Source of the DNA: a virus
Lineage: Duplodnaviria; Heunggongvirae; Uroviricota; Caudoviricetes
IMG/VR virus record: IMGVR_UViG_2974625098_000001
Span: 59,622 to 123,621 of that record
Length of the DNA: 64,000 bases
Direction: 5' to 3' (one strand)
Below are positions 9,473 through 17,294 of the stretch, piece after piece (positions within the stretch are counted from its first letter, which is position 1; every line of letters starts with the position of its first letter). Position numbers and translations under genes: made by a program. The notes under the pieces are model-generated. The model worked only from the letters and a program-made list of their open reading frames with translations. It had not been told where the DNA came from and ran no database searches.

Positions 9473-10025
9473 CATGGAGAAAGCGGGGACGGCAGGCTGT
9501 ATCCCCCGACACCTGTCGTCCCCGCCTCCTATTCCCCCGTCGGGCCTCTCATGGACCCGCACCCCCTGTGGGCTCCCCCCGGAGCCCGTCCCCCTGAATA
9601 TCCCCCAGGTGCTACGCTGTGGGGGTGACAGGCCGCACAGGCGGAAGCAGCGACTTGACCTCCCCACAGCGCGGACAAACCTTCAGCTTGCCGCCTGGCA
9701 CCACGCGCCAGAGGTGGTACCCGACTGGTAAACACTGGTTGGTTCGTCTCATGTGACACAGTTCATCATGGTTTGACATCCCCCGGCAATGGCTAGTATG
9801 GACTACTAGATGGGGGTTGACAACTGGTCGGATGTGTGGTTGTCAAGCCCCATCTCACAAGACGGACAAGTGGCTCGTGTGGTACCGTCTGGGGCATGTC
9901 AGACACCCCCGTGTTCGACGCTCTGAGGGCCGAACGGCCAGACGTGAAGCTCGAACCTCCCCCGCCCCGTCCACGGCTCCTCACGGGCTACGAGTGGCCC
10001 AGACCAAGGCCCTGGAGCATCCACA

Positions 10026-10313
10026 GTGGACACTAAGCTCTGCGACTTCTGCAACGCTCCCAATCCGACCTGGATGGTGCCTGTGGCCCCGTTCAATTTC
10101 TTGGGCGGTCGGAGCGTAGACGAATGGCTCGCGTGTACGCCCTGTGCGGACCTCGTTCGTGCTGGGTTGTGGAACCGTCTGCTGGCTCGTGTCATCGAAG
10201 CTTGGGACCGTCAACACGACACGCCCATGAACGCTGAGATGATTGAGATTATGCGGACCACCTACAAGAAGCTCAAGAAGAACGTAGACGGTCCTCCGGT
10301 CAGACTTCTCTGA
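10026..10313 (+). CDS. hypothetical Cys-containing protein (CxxC..CxxC)
   Basis: track ORF in high-GC segment; start uncertain. Confidence 0.35.
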   Translation: MDTKLCDFCNAPNPTWMVPVAPFNFLGGRSVDEWLACTPCADLVRAGLWNRLLARVIEAWDRQHDTPMNAEMIEIMRTTYKKLKKNVDGPPVRLL

Positions 10314-10381
10314 GGCACCCACAGGAAAAGCGAACACCCCCGGTTATACCTCTACCGGGGGTGTTCCTGTGAGCCTGTGTC

Positions 10382-10702
10382 TCAGCGACCGTGGGCCATC
10401 TCGTAGGCTTCCATGACGGGCTGTGGGATGCGGCCCTTGGCAGCAATCTTGAAGCCGTGCTTGGCTGCCCACTTGCGGATGTCCTTGAGCTGTTCGCGAC
10501 GGGTGCCAAGGTCCGTCGTGGTGGCTGTGACAGTGGCTCGTGACCGAGAGCGGCCGGTTGTGCCAGTGGCAGGAAGCTCCTCCGTCTCTTGCTTCGGCTG
10601 CCGGATGTTGGCTGCCCACTTGAGGTAGCGAGTAGCGTCCTCATCGGTCAAGGTGATTTGAAGGCCCACAGTGTGTCCTTTCGTGGTGGATGTTGGCCCC
10701 AC
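10382..10702 (-). CDS. Lsr2-like nucleoid-associated DNA-binding protein
   Basis: C-terminus IRKWAAKHGFKIAAKGRIPQPVMEAY matches the Lsr2 DNA-binding domain (RGR-IP motif); track ORF N-terminal part is antisense of tRNA-Arg so true start likely GTG near 10702. Confidence 0.5.
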   Translation of the reverse strand: MGPTSTTKGHTVGLQITLTDEDATRYLKWAANIRQPKQETEELPATGTTGRSRSRATVTATTTDLGTRREQLKDIRKWAAKHGFKIAAKGRIPQPVMEAYEMAHGR

Positions 10703-10830
10703 AATAGCATAGACGTTCGCTTGTGCAAAGTGCCTAAGCCTTCTCCACAGGTGATTCAGCTCATAGTTTGAGACGGTTCGTCCGGGTTTGACACGGGTAG
10801 AAATATCGGCTATTATTTTTTCATCAGCAA

Positions 10831-10904
10831 GTCGCCGTAGCTCAATCGGATAGAGCACTTCGCTACGAACGAAGAGGTTGGGGGTTCGAATCCCTCCGGT
10901 GACA
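10831..10904 (+). tRNA. tRNA-Arg(ACG)
   Basis: acceptor GTCGCCG/CGGTGAC; D arm GCTC-AATCGGATA-GAGC; anticodon arm CTTCG-CTACGAA-CGAAG; T loop TTCGAAT. Confidence 0.7.
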
Positions 10905-10969
10905 CGCAAAGCACAATCAGAGGCTCGTGAAATTTTTCGCGGGCCTCTTTCCAACCAAGGAGAAAAACG

Positions 10970-11224
10970 GTGGAGCTAGAAACCCTCATTGAGATGGGTG
11001 TCTACGAGGTCTCGGGTGTCGATGAGACAGGCGAGCCACTGTATTCGCTCAACGTCCCGATGGCCAAGGAGCTTGCTCCGGAGGTATACTGGGCTGACAG
11101 GAACGCCTGCGAGACTGCGATTTTCGACGCGGTGGAGCAGGGCTATCTGGAGTGGGACGTTGACCCGGAGACTCTGGAGATGACGTTCTCGGTGACCGAG
11201 CTGGGAGAGAAGTTCATCGACTAG
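10970..11224 (+). CDS. hypothetical acidic protein (GTG start)
   Basis: track ORF; RBS AAGGAGAAAAAC. Confidence 0.5.
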   Translation: MELETLIEMGVYEVSGVDETGEPLYSLNVPMAKELAPEVYWADRNACETAIFDAVEQGYLEWDVDPETLEMTFSVTELGEKFID

Positions 11225-11230
11225 CGGTTT

Positions 11231-11303
11231 GCCCCTATAGCTCAGTGGATAGAGCAGGTGCCTTCTAAGCATCTGGCCGCTGGTTCGAGTCCAGCTAGGG
11301 GCG
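11231..11303 (+). tRNA. tRNA-Arg(TCT)
   Basis: acceptor GCCCCTA/TAGGGGC; D arm GCTC-AGTGGATA-GAGC; anticodon loop CTTCTAA; T loop TTCGAGT. Confidence 0.7.
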
Positions 11304-11360
11304 CAATTTTCGGCGGGTTGCCCGCAAGCTCGTTTGTTCGTCCTAACACAGGGAGAAGAG

Positions 11361-11555
11361 ATGGGCGAGATTTGGCACCACTATGCTGAGATGATTACGG
11401 ACCCGGCTCACACCCTCGTGGAGCTGACGTTTATCCTCTTGGTTGATGTACTGTTCCTTGGTCTTCTGTGGCCTCTTGCCAAGCGTTCCGTGAATAAGCG
11501 GGTTAACGCTGAGCACAAGGTTCTGGACAAGGAGCACGGCGTTACGCACGATTAG
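11361..11555 (+). CDS. small membrane protein
   Basis: RBS GGGAGAAGAG then ATG 11361; one TM segment LVELTFILLVDVLFLGLLWPL. Confidence 0.4.
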   Translation: MGEIWHHYAEMITDPAHTLVELTFILLVDVLFLGLLWPLAKRSVNKRVNAEHKVLDKEHGVTHD

Positions 11556-11599
11556 AATAATGTGGTAAACTAGTTACGCAGAGTGACTAGGAGGCCACA

Positions 11600-12280
11600 A
11601 TGAAGGTAGTAACCGCGAATATTCGCAATAACCCCGACATGCTCAGAAAGAAGGTCAAGGCTGATGCTGCGACAGTCTCCGGGCTAGGCGGGGTTTTGCT
11701 GTTCCAGGAAATCGGAGAGCCAGAGGACCACACGGACGTGAAGGCGGCTATCGGGACCGCCTTCACCTACGTCCACGATAATGTGGAAATTCCCATCGCC
11801 TTCCGCAAGAGTTCCTGGAACCTGCTCGACAGCGACGTAGTTCTCATGCACAAGGGGAAGAGGATGACCTCCCCGAACAGATATCTGTCATGGGTTCTGC
11901 TGGAGCGTCGGAGCAACAAGCAGCTCGTCTGCATCATGAACACCCATTTTGTCTCGGGAGCCTGGAACGGGACTCCCAAGCTGAACAAGGCGTGGCGCAG
12001 GGAGCGCTGGCTGGAGCACTGGAAGAAAATGTCATCCGTGGTCAATTACTTCCACAGCCAAGGAGTCACCGTGATTTTCGGTGGCGACTTCAATAGGCTG
12101 AGGGTTGGCAGGTTCCACCAGGACCAGCGTTGGGCCGTCAACCGGGGTATCGACAAGATTGGTGTGCTGGAGGGGCACGGCGGGGTTCGTGTTAAGCTTC
12201 TAGGACAGTCCCATCATCCGCTGAATAGCGACCACGACGCCCATGTAGCCAGCATTGAATTGCATGGCGTGGTAAAATAA
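11600..12280 (+). CDS. endonuclease/exonuclease/phosphatase (EEP) family protein
   Basis: LLFQEI, NTHF, GGDFN, NSDHDAH catalytic motifs in EEP order. Confidence 0.6.
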   Translation: MKVVTANIRNNPDMLRKKVKADAATVSGLGGVLLFQEIGEPEDHTDVKAAIGTAFTYVHDNVEIPIAFRKSSWNLLDSDVVLMHKGKRMTSPNRYLSWVLLERRSNKQLVCIMNTHFVSGAWNGTPKLNKAWRRERWLEHWKKMSSVVNYFHSQGVTVIFGGDFNRLRVGRFHQDQRWAVNRGIDKIGVLEGHGGVRVKLLGQSHHPLNSDHDAHVASIELHGVVK

Positions 12281-12284
12281 TGCT

Positions 12285-12800
12285 ATGACTAATAAGCCAT
12301 TGCCCGGAGATTTCGGGCTGACACGAATTCGCGGGTTTGTGGGGTGGTGGATTGGGCTGGGCCAGCTAATCACGGGAGATGCTTCCCGGTACACCCATGC
12401 ATTCATCGTGCTAGATGATGAAACAGTTGTTGAGGCAATGCCTGGTGGAGCTATCATTACTCCAATTTCCGAATATGTTGGAAGGGCTGTGTACTCACGA
12501 CTGGAGCTGACTGATGACCAGCGTGCAGCAATCGTGCGTGAGGCAAGGTCGCTCAAGGGAATCCCATATTCCTTCCTTGACTACCTTGCCCTTGCTCTGG
12601 CACACTTCGGCATCAAGCCAAAGAAGCTCCGCAAGTACATCACGACTAAGGGGCATATGATTTGCTCCCAGCTTGTTGATGAGGTATATAGGCGGGCGGG
12701 TATCCACATGTTCAATGACGGCAGGCTTCCACAGGACGTAACTCCTGGAGACCTTGCCAATTATCTCATTGAGCGTGAATGGGAACTTGAAACCCTTTAG
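12285..12800 (+). CDS. putative permuted papain-like / NlpC-P60 superfamily hydrolase
   Basis: His (YTHAFIV) precedes Cys (GHMICSQLV), a pattern of permuted papain-fold enzymes. Confidence 0.35.
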   Translation: MTNKPLPGDFGLTRIRGFVGWWIGLGQLITGDASRYTHAFIVLDDETVVEAMPGGAIITPISEYVGRAVYSRLELTDDQRAAIVREARSLKGIPYSFLDYLALALAHFGIKPKKLRKYITTKGHMICSQLVDEVYRRAGIHMFNDGRLPQDVTPGDLANYLIEREWELETL

Positions 12801-12815
12801 TGATATACTGATGTC

Positions 12816-12971
12816 ATGAAGAGATACGTTTATTCAGTGCTTCTACAGGTTGAGGTAGAGGCGTTCAGTGAAGCTGATGCCCAAGAGGCGGTCCAGGACT
12901 GCTTTGGTGAGGGCAGCAATTGTGGATTGAATGTCCTTGACTTCGAGGTTGTAGATAGCGATGAGTTCTGA
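12816..12971 (+). CDS. small acidic protein (52 aa)
   Basis: ATG 12816; overlaps next start; below track length cutoff. Confidence 0.3.
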   Translation: MKRYVYSVLLQVEVEAFSEADAQEAVQDCFGEGSNCGLNVLDFEVVDSDEF

Positions 12972-13185
12972 GTTCCAAGAGATGCTTGACCTGATGGGCA
13001 AGCCTGGGGTTACGGTTATGCAATTCTGCGGGATTTCCGTGGATGACGATAACTTCTGTGACCAAGAGGCCGTAGGAGAAGTCCTGGCCGAGCTGGAGGA
13101 CGGGGTTACCCTTCCTATCCCAATCTGTGAGGGCCACCTGCGTGCCGTGCAAGCCCAGTACACAGTAGAAGAACTGAATACGTAA
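12961..13185 (+). CDS. hypothetical protein
   Basis: track ORF. Confidence 0.45.
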   Translation: MSSEFQEMLDLMGKPGVTVMQFCGISVDDDNFCDQEAVGEVLAELEDGVTLPIPICEGHLRAVQAQYTVEELNT

Positions 13186-13233
13186 TTATTTGACAAGCAG
13201 TTGGAACTCTTGCTATGATAGAGGAGTTCCGTT

Positions 13234-13306
13234 GGGGATGTGGCGCAATTGGAAGCGCAGGTGCTTTGCAAGCACAAGGTTGTGGGTTCGAGTCCCATCT
13301 TCTCCA
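13234..13306 (+). tRNA. tRNA-Ala(TGC)
   Basis: acceptor GGGGATG with G3:U70; D arm GCGC-AATTGGAA-GCGC; anticodon loop TTTGCAA; T arm GTGGG-TTCGAGT-CCCAT; discriminator A then CC. Confidence 0.6.
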
Positions 13307-13416
13307 CCTATTCCCAAATCCAATGGGAGGTGATAGCATGTCTATTGAACGTGCTCTCGTAATTGCAATTCTCGTAATTCTGTTTATTGCAGTGCTAATG
13401 TGGGTATTCTAAAAGC

Positions 13417-13445
13417 TTGACAGCCTGTTCCTCGGCTGTTACAAT
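13417..13445 (+). promoter_or_regulatory. sigma70-type promoter TTGACA-N17-TACAAT driving the tRNA cluster
   Basis: exact consensus hexamers; AAGCTT immediately 5' of -35; spacer contains hairpin ACAGCC/GGCTGT. Confidence 0.6.
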
Positions 13446-13458
13446 AGAGGAACAACAT

Positions 13459-13531
13459 GCGCCGGTAGCTCAGTTGGTAGAGCAATAGACTCTTAATCTA
13501 TGGGTCCTCGGTTCGAGTCCGAGTCGGCGTA
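13459..13531 (+). tRNA. tRNA-Lys(CTT)
   Basis: D arm GCTC-AGTTGGTA-GAGC; anticodon arm ATAGA-CTCTTAA-TCTAT; T arm CTCGG-TTCGAGT-CCGAG. Confidence 0.65.
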
Positions 13532-13554
13532 CTTCGGAAGCATTAGCTTCCCAT

Positions 13555-13626
13555 GGCGGCTTAGTTCAGGGGTAGAACGCTCCCCTCATAAGGGAGAAGT
13601 CATTGGTTCAAATCCAATAGCCGCTA
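13555..13626 (+). tRNA. tRNA-Met(CAT), elongator or Ile2-like
   Basis: acceptor GGCGGCT/AGCCGCT; anticodon arm CTCCC-CTCATAA-GGGAG; T loop TTCAAAT. Confidence 0.65.
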
Positions 13627-13628
13627 CT

Positions 13629-13704
13629 TGCGCGGTAGTGGAGTTAGGTTCCACGCAGGGCTCATAACCCTGAAACATCGGTTCGAATCCGGTCTGCGCC
13701 ACCA
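13629..13704 (+). tRNA. initiator-type tRNA-fMet(CAT)
   Basis: anticodon stem with three consecutive G:C pairs (CAGGG/CCCTG); position 1:72 mismatch (T:C); A73 and CCA encoded. Confidence 0.6.
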
Positions 13705-13732
13705 CGTAAATCCTGTGACGAAAGTCACACCT

Positions 13733-13808
13733 GGGGCCGTAGCTCAGTTCGGTCAGAGCGCTCGGTTGAAACCCGAGAGGTTCGTTGGTTCGATTCCAAC
13801 CGGTCCCA
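13733..13808 (+). tRNA. tRNA-Phe(GAA)
   Basis: acceptor GGGGCCG/CGGTCCC; anticodon arm CTCGG-TTGAAAC-CCGAG; T loop TTCGATT; CCA encoded. Confidence 0.7.
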
Positions 13809-13815
13809 CCATGAA

Positions 13816-13846
13816 ACCCCCGTGACACGCTCGCGGGGGTTTCTGC
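13816..13846 (+). terminator. rho-independent terminator closing the tRNA cluster
   Basis: ACCCCCG-loop-CGGGGGT followed by TTTCTGCTAT. Confidence 0.6.
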
Positions 13847-13859
13847 TATCCTGTGAGGC

Positions 13860-14147
13860 ATGGCGAAGTTCCAGGAGCATGTCTCATTACATGAAACTGC
13901 TGTGCAAGCTGCGGCGGATGGGGTTGACATTCCGAAGCCCCGTCGTCGTCGGTCCAAGCCCGAGGAGCACCCCGTAGACGTGTCTGTGCAGACGCGCAGG
14001 AAAAGCTCCAAGGTGGCGGATAAACTCTTCAAGGATGTCCACGAAGAGGTTTACGACACAGCGATGAATCTAGCGGGCCAGAACTGGCGACGGCTGGAAG
14101 TCATTGACAGCACAACGGTTGTAGTCCATAATAATGAGGTACACTGA
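13860..14147 (+). CDS. hypothetical protein
   Basis: track ORF. Confidence 0.5.
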   Translation: MAKFQEHVSLHETAVQAAADGVDIPKPRRRRSKPEEHPVDVSVQTRRKSSKVADKLFKDVHEEVYDTAMNLAGQNWRRLEVIDSTTVVVHNNEVH

Positions 14148-14332
14148 TGGCAACGGCAGAACCTCCGATTGAAAGTCCTACGGAGACTGACAAGCGCGCT
14201 GCGGCTGAGCTTGGCATTACTCCCGAGGAGATGGTTCGCATCCTTGACGTGTGGTCCAAGCACGCAAGGGATGTAGCCCTTGAGCGTCGAAAGGCGCGGG
14301 TTGCGAACGTTCAGCGGATTGTGGTAGAATAA
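14147..14332 (+). CDS. hypothetical protein
   Basis: track ORF; ATGA overlap with previous. Confidence 0.5.
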   Translation: MATAEPPIESPTETDKRAAAELGITPEEMVRILDVWSKHARDVALERRKARVANVQRIVVE

Positions 14333-14356
14333 TTCAAATGAGCCCGAAAGGGCCTA

Positions 14357-14440
14357 GTGTCGGTAACCCGTAATTGGTAGCGGTCCTGACTGTAAATCAG
14401 GTGTCTTCGGATTCTGGGGGTTCAAGTCCCTCCCGGCGCA
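14357..14440 (+). tRNA. tRNA-Tyr(GTA), class II
   Basis: acceptor GTGTCGG/CCGGCGC; anticodon arm CCTGA-CTGTAAA-TCAGG; long variable arm TGTCTTCGGATTCT; T arm GGGGG-TTCAAGT-CCCTC. Confidence 0.6.
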
Positions 14441-14441
14441 C

Positions 14442-14540
14442 ATGTCAACTCCCGGTCCAGTATATTGTGCAGAGTGCGGTGGAGCTAATCCACCAGGGTC
14501 AACCTATTGTCAAGGTTGCGGAAAGATGTTGAATCCATAA
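14442..14540 (+). CDS. 32-aa double CxxC zinc-ribbon peptide between tRNAs
   Basis: MSTPGPVYCAECGGANPPGSTYCQGCGKMLNP. Confidence 0.3.
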   Translation: MSTPGPVYCAECGGANPPGSTYCQGCGKMLNP

Positions 14541-14548
14541 AGTAATTC

Positions 14549-14621
14549 GCCCCCTTAGCTCAGTTGGTAGAGCAGGAGACTTTTAATCTTCGGGTCGTCC
14601 GTTCGAGTCGGACAGGGGGCA
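14549..14621 (+). tRNA. tRNA-Lys(TTT)
   Basis: acceptor GCCCCCT/AGGGGGC; anticodon loop CTTTTAA; T arm GTCCG-TTCGAGT-CGGAC. Confidence 0.7.
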
Positions 14622-14623
14622 CT

Positions 14624-14696
14624 GTGACGTAAGCCGAGCGGTTAAGGCACTTGGTTGTGGCCCAAGGTTTGGCGGGTTCGACTCCCGTACGTCACC
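14624..14696 (+). tRNA. tRNA-His(GTG)
   Basis: acceptor GTGACGT/ACGTCAC; discriminator C73; anticodon arm CTTGG-TTGTGGC-CCAAG; position -1 is T, not the usual encoded G. Confidence 0.6.
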
Positions 14697-14698
14697 CC

Positions 14699-14769
14699 GG
14701 TCCTATGTGCGAGTGGTTAGCAACTAGTCTGCAAAACTAGGAACGTCGGTTCGAATCCGACTAGGACCT
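14699..14769 (+). tRNA. tRNA-Cys(GCA)
   Basis: acceptor GGTCCTA/TAGGACC; anticodon arm CTAGT-CTGCAAA-ACTAG; T loop TTCGAAT. Confidence 0.7.
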
Positions 14770-15007
14770 CAATCTCGGCAGGCTGTCTGGTCGAGCCGAT
14801 ATCGTGGCGCTGGCTGCGGTATCCTGTGTGACAGTACGGGACAGCTCTAGCAGGCTGATTAATCCAAGGGTAGAGCCCGTGAACACCTTGGCGTCAGAAC
14901 GACTAAGTATGTGCTAGCATACTCTGACGAACTTATCATGCGGTACGGCGGCTAGTCACCTCCAGATTCCGCCCCGTGGTACCCCATCACACGTTAAACT
15001 GGGGCAC

Positions 15008-15080
15008 GCCTCCTTAGCTCAGGGGACAGAGCAGCGGTCTTCGGAACCGCGTGGCGGGAGTTCGAATCTCTCAGGGGGCA
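15008..15080 (+). tRNA. tRNA-Arg(TCG)
   Basis: acceptor GCCTCCT/AGGGGGC; D arm GCTC-AGGGGACA-GAGC; anticodon arm GCGGT-CTTCGGA-ACCGC; T loop TTCGAAT. Confidence 0.65.
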
Positions 15081-15101
15081 CTTCCGATTTAAGGAATAAA
15101 A

Positions 15102-15533
15102 ATGATTAACGTTGTCTGGGGTGAATACAGCTACCAGTCAGAGCCAGGTGAGGACACGGATGAGCCGTACTCCTGGCGAGGCGTAGAGACGACCGAGATT
15201 AGCGATGTAGAGGCCGTTTATTCGAAGGGCGAGGGAAACCCTCACCGAGGAATGATTCGGCCGGGTGCTTTTTCGTGTGAGGCTGAGCCGGGTGATACTG
15301 TGTATGCAGTCATCGTCAGGTACTCCACGGGAGACACCTTCGGACGTGAAGAGGGATTGGCTATCTGCCTTGACGTTTTCACTGATGCTGACAAGGCTGA
15401 GGAGCTTGCGAAGGCAGCTCGTGAGGTCGATGAGTTCCGGATGACCGTCAACGGTGTAGAATATTACGTCAGTTGGGTCGGCTACTTCGAGCATCTTGAG
15501 GATGTTGTCGTAGAGGAACTTGTGGTACGATAA
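15102..15533 (+). CDS. hypothetical acidic protein
   Basis: track ORF; RBS TTAAGGAATAAAA. Confidence 0.5.
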   Translation: MINVVWGEYSYQSEPGEDTDEPYSWRGVETTEISDVEAVYSKGEGNPHRGMIRPGAFSCEAEPGDTVYAVIVRYSTGDTFGREEGLAICLDVFTDADKAEELAKAAREVDEFRMTVNGVEYYVSWVGYFEHLEDVVVEELVVR

Positions 15534-15641
15534 GTTTGTGGCTGCGGTTGCCAGCCAGTATAGAATAATCCGTAAATCCTGGTTATCGCGCCTACGCGGC
15601 GGGTTGTTCGAATACAAAGGGGTCACGCCCAAGCAACCAAT

Positions 15642-15714
15642 GCTCGTATAGTTCAGTGGATAGAATACTCGCCTCCTAAGCGAGGGGTCGCTGGTTCGAA
15701 TCCAGCTACGAGCA
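15642..15714 (+). tRNA. tRNA-Arg(CCT)
   Basis: acceptor GCTCGTA/TACGAGC; D arm GTTC-AGTGGATA-GAAT; anticodon arm CTCGC-CTCCTAA-GCGAG; T loop TTCGAAT. Confidence 0.7.
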
Positions 15715-15725
15715 CGCACGAACTC

Positions 15726-16018
15726 GGGGTAGCCTGGTTTCGACGTTGATGAATGGTATATAAGCGCAGCCAGTCTTTGAGCAAGAGACTTAAAACAGGT
15801 TCAAAACAATAAATGCTGACAACATTGATGCAGAGTACGAGGCGCTTTGCGCTGAGTACGCACTCGTGACCGTTTGAGTCACCGGGCTTGCGGATGGCCT
15901 AGGAACAGAACAATCCGCTTGTGTAGAACATGCAAAACCCTGTAGTAAATGATGGACATGGCTGTACATCGACTGTATGCTTGAAATGAACGGACAGGGG
16001 TTCGACTCCCCTCTACTC
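15726..16018 (+). ncRNA. ssrA: tmRNA (ssrA)
   Basis: 5' end GGGGTAGCCTGGTTTCGACG matches the tmRNA 5' consensus; 3' tRNA-Ala-like T arm AGGGG-TTCGACT-CCCCT and acceptor CTACTCC pairing GGGGTAG with G3:U70; internal tag reading frame present. Confidence 0.7.
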
Positions 16019-16029
16019 CACGCAATGAG

Positions 16030-16202
16030 GAATGATGAAGGCAAGTAATCAGTACGTCTACAGTGACGACGAAGGTTATCTAGATAGACTCGCGGAAGAG
16101 TATGCTATGCTTGGGCGTAGCGTGAAGCGAGAAAAGGGCAGGCTTATCGTCTTTGCCCTGGCTCGCAAGAGTCGTAAGTCGTCTCCTCGCAGGAAGCGTT
16201 GA
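16030..16202 (+). CDS. small basic protein (about 56 aa)
   Basis: RBS GAGGAATG; MMKASNQYVYSDDEGYLDRLAEEY...RKSRKSSPRRKR. Confidence 0.3.
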
Positions 16203-16228
16203 CAACTTCCTACGGGGGATGCTACAAT
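16199..16228 (+). promoter_or_regulatory. sigma70-type promoter TTGACA-N18-TACAAT upstream of tRNA-Asn
   Basis: exact consensus hexamers. Confidence 0.55.
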
Positions 16229-16319
16229 AAATATACAGCACACGGACAAGGCTTAGGCGCATGAGGGCATAGGGTGCCCAACAAGGCGGTGGGATGCGAG
16301 TGGTGATGCTGTATTCTTT

Positions 16320-16393
16320 CCCCGTTAGCTCAATTTGGCAGAGCGGTGAGCTGTTAACTCATTGGTTGTTGGTTCGAGTCCAGCACGGGGAGC
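16320..16393 (+). tRNA. tRNA-Asn(GTT)
   Basis: acceptor TCCCCGT/ACGGGGA; D arm GCTC-AATTTGGCA-GAGC; anticodon arm GTGAG-CTGTTAA-CTCAT; T arm GTTGG-TTCGAGT-CCAGC. Confidence 0.65.
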
Positions 16394-16501
16394 AATTGCG
16401 TGGTAGCCCAACTAGAGGCGGCACGGATATGTGAGAGTCCTTCCTGTAGTCCGGTAAAAGGTGGAAGGTAGTGCGGGTGAAAATCCCGCCCACGCAATAA
16501 G

Positions 16502-16531
16502 TTGACAGACGACAATAAAGTCTGTTAACAT
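16502..16531 (+). promoter_or_regulatory. candidate promoter TTGACA-N18-TAACAT
   Basis: consensus -35; acceptable -10. Confidence 0.35.
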
Positions 16532-16556
16532 AGAAGTACAAAGCAAGCCGGTGTGG

Positions 16557-16637
16557 TGGAATTAGGCAGACACGCTAGTCTTAGGAACTAGTTCTTCGGA
16601 GTGCAGGTTCGAGTCCTGTCACCGGTACGTTACACTG
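16557..16637 (+). tRNA. tRNA-Leu(TAG), class II
   Basis: acceptor GCCGGTG/CACCGGT; anticodon arm CTAGT-CTTAGGA-ACTAG; long variable arm; T arm GCAGG-TTCGAGT-CCTGT. Confidence 0.6.
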
Positions 16638-16679
16638 AAAGTATGATAACAAGTCCCTTCTCCGGAAGGGCACTATGCG

Positions 16680-16751
16680 CGGTTAGCTCAGCGGGAGAGC
16701 GTTTCGTTTACACCGAAAGGGCCGGGGGTTCGAATCCCTCACTGCGCACTG
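16680..16751 (+). tRNA. tRNA-Val(TAC)
   Basis: acceptor GCGCGGT/ACTGCGC; D arm GCTC-AGCGGGA-GAGC; anticodon arm TTTCG-TTTACAC-CGAAA; T loop TTCGAAT. Confidence 0.7.
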
Positions 16752-16755
16752 GTCC

Positions 16756-16797
16756 CAGCATTCATCTCACGACAATGCTGGGGCCTTTTATTATGCG
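16756..16797 (+). terminator. rho-independent terminator
   Basis: CCCAGCATT-loop-AATGCTGGG followed by CCTTTTATT. Confidence 0.6.
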
Positions 16798-16866
16798 AAG
16801 AGAGCCAGACTGGGGATTGTATCTGCTGATTATCATGGCAGTGCTAATCCTGATAAAGACACACAT

Positions 16867-16947
16867 GCCCGCGTAGGAGAATGGTATATCCGGGGGTCTC
16901 AAAAACCCTGCCCTAGTGGCGTGTCGGTTCGAGTCCGACCGTGGGTA
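16867..16947 (+). tRNA. tRNA-Leu(CAA), class II
   Basis: acceptor GCCCGCG/CGTGGGT; anticodon arm GGGGT-CTCAAAA-ACCCT; variable arm GCCCTAGTGGCGT; T arm GTCGG-TTCGAGT-CCGAC. Confidence 0.6.
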
Positions 16948-16989
16948 CGTACAATAATAAGAGATTATCCCTTTCGAAAGAAGGAGCAC

Positions 16990-17235
16990 ATGGTGAAGTT
17001 CGTTAAGGTCGATGAGGACGTTGTTTCGGTCGAGCTGAGCCTGGACACGGTTGGGCGAATTGCTCGTGCACTGTCCCTGGTTGAGTCTGAGTACGACGGC
17101 ACTGACCTGCTGGACGAGCGCGACAAGTCTCTGAGCAAGGTCTTCACGACTGCTTCTCAGCGTTTTGCTGAGAGCGAAGAGGAGCCGCTGGCTGAGTGGG
17201 AGCGTCTGCTCCTTGAGGGTCCGGCCTCCGAGTGA
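16990..17235 (+). CDS. hypothetical acidic protein
   Basis: RBS GAAAGAAGGAGCAC then ATG 16990; in frame of track ORF 16921. Confidence 0.5.
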   Translation: MVKFVKVDEDVVSVELSLDTVGRIARALSLVESEYDGTDLLDERDKSLSKVFTTASQRFAESEEEPLAEWERLLLEGPASE

Positions 17236-17294
17236 TTTATGAGCCCCGCTGGAAACGGCGGGGTTCAAGCTATAATAGAATAAGGTGATACAAT

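Noticed and set aside
9474-9759. Plus-strand ORF 9474-9731 (Pro-rich) versus minus-strand ORF 9529-9759
   Set aside because: Both lie in the C-tract-rich high-GC segment and show compositional-artefact translations (Pro-rich versus Gly-rich). The strand cannot be decided from sequence, so it is left unannotated and flagged as a finding instead.
10703-10954. N-terminal extension of track ORF 10382-10954 (minus)
   Set aside because: The translated segment GGIRTPNLFVRSEVLYPIELRRL is the reverse complement of tRNA-Arg(ACG) on the plus strand. Only the part up to about 10702 (the Lsr2-like domain) is kept.
13115-14032. Minus- and plus-strand ORFs across the tRNA cluster (13115-13339, 13215-13412, 13586-14032, 13628-13825)
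   Set aside because: They are translations of tRNA genes or their complements, with no coding signal.
15138-16044. Minus-strand ORFs 15138-15719 and 15790-16044
   Set aside because: They overlap the well-supported plus-strand ORF 15102-15533, tRNA-Arg(CCT) and the tmRNA.
16601-16879. ORF 16601-16876 and a 27-aa ORF at 16796-16879
   Set aside because: The first starts inside tRNA-Leu(TAG) and runs through tRNA-Val. The short one overlaps the 5' end of tRNA-Leu(CAA).
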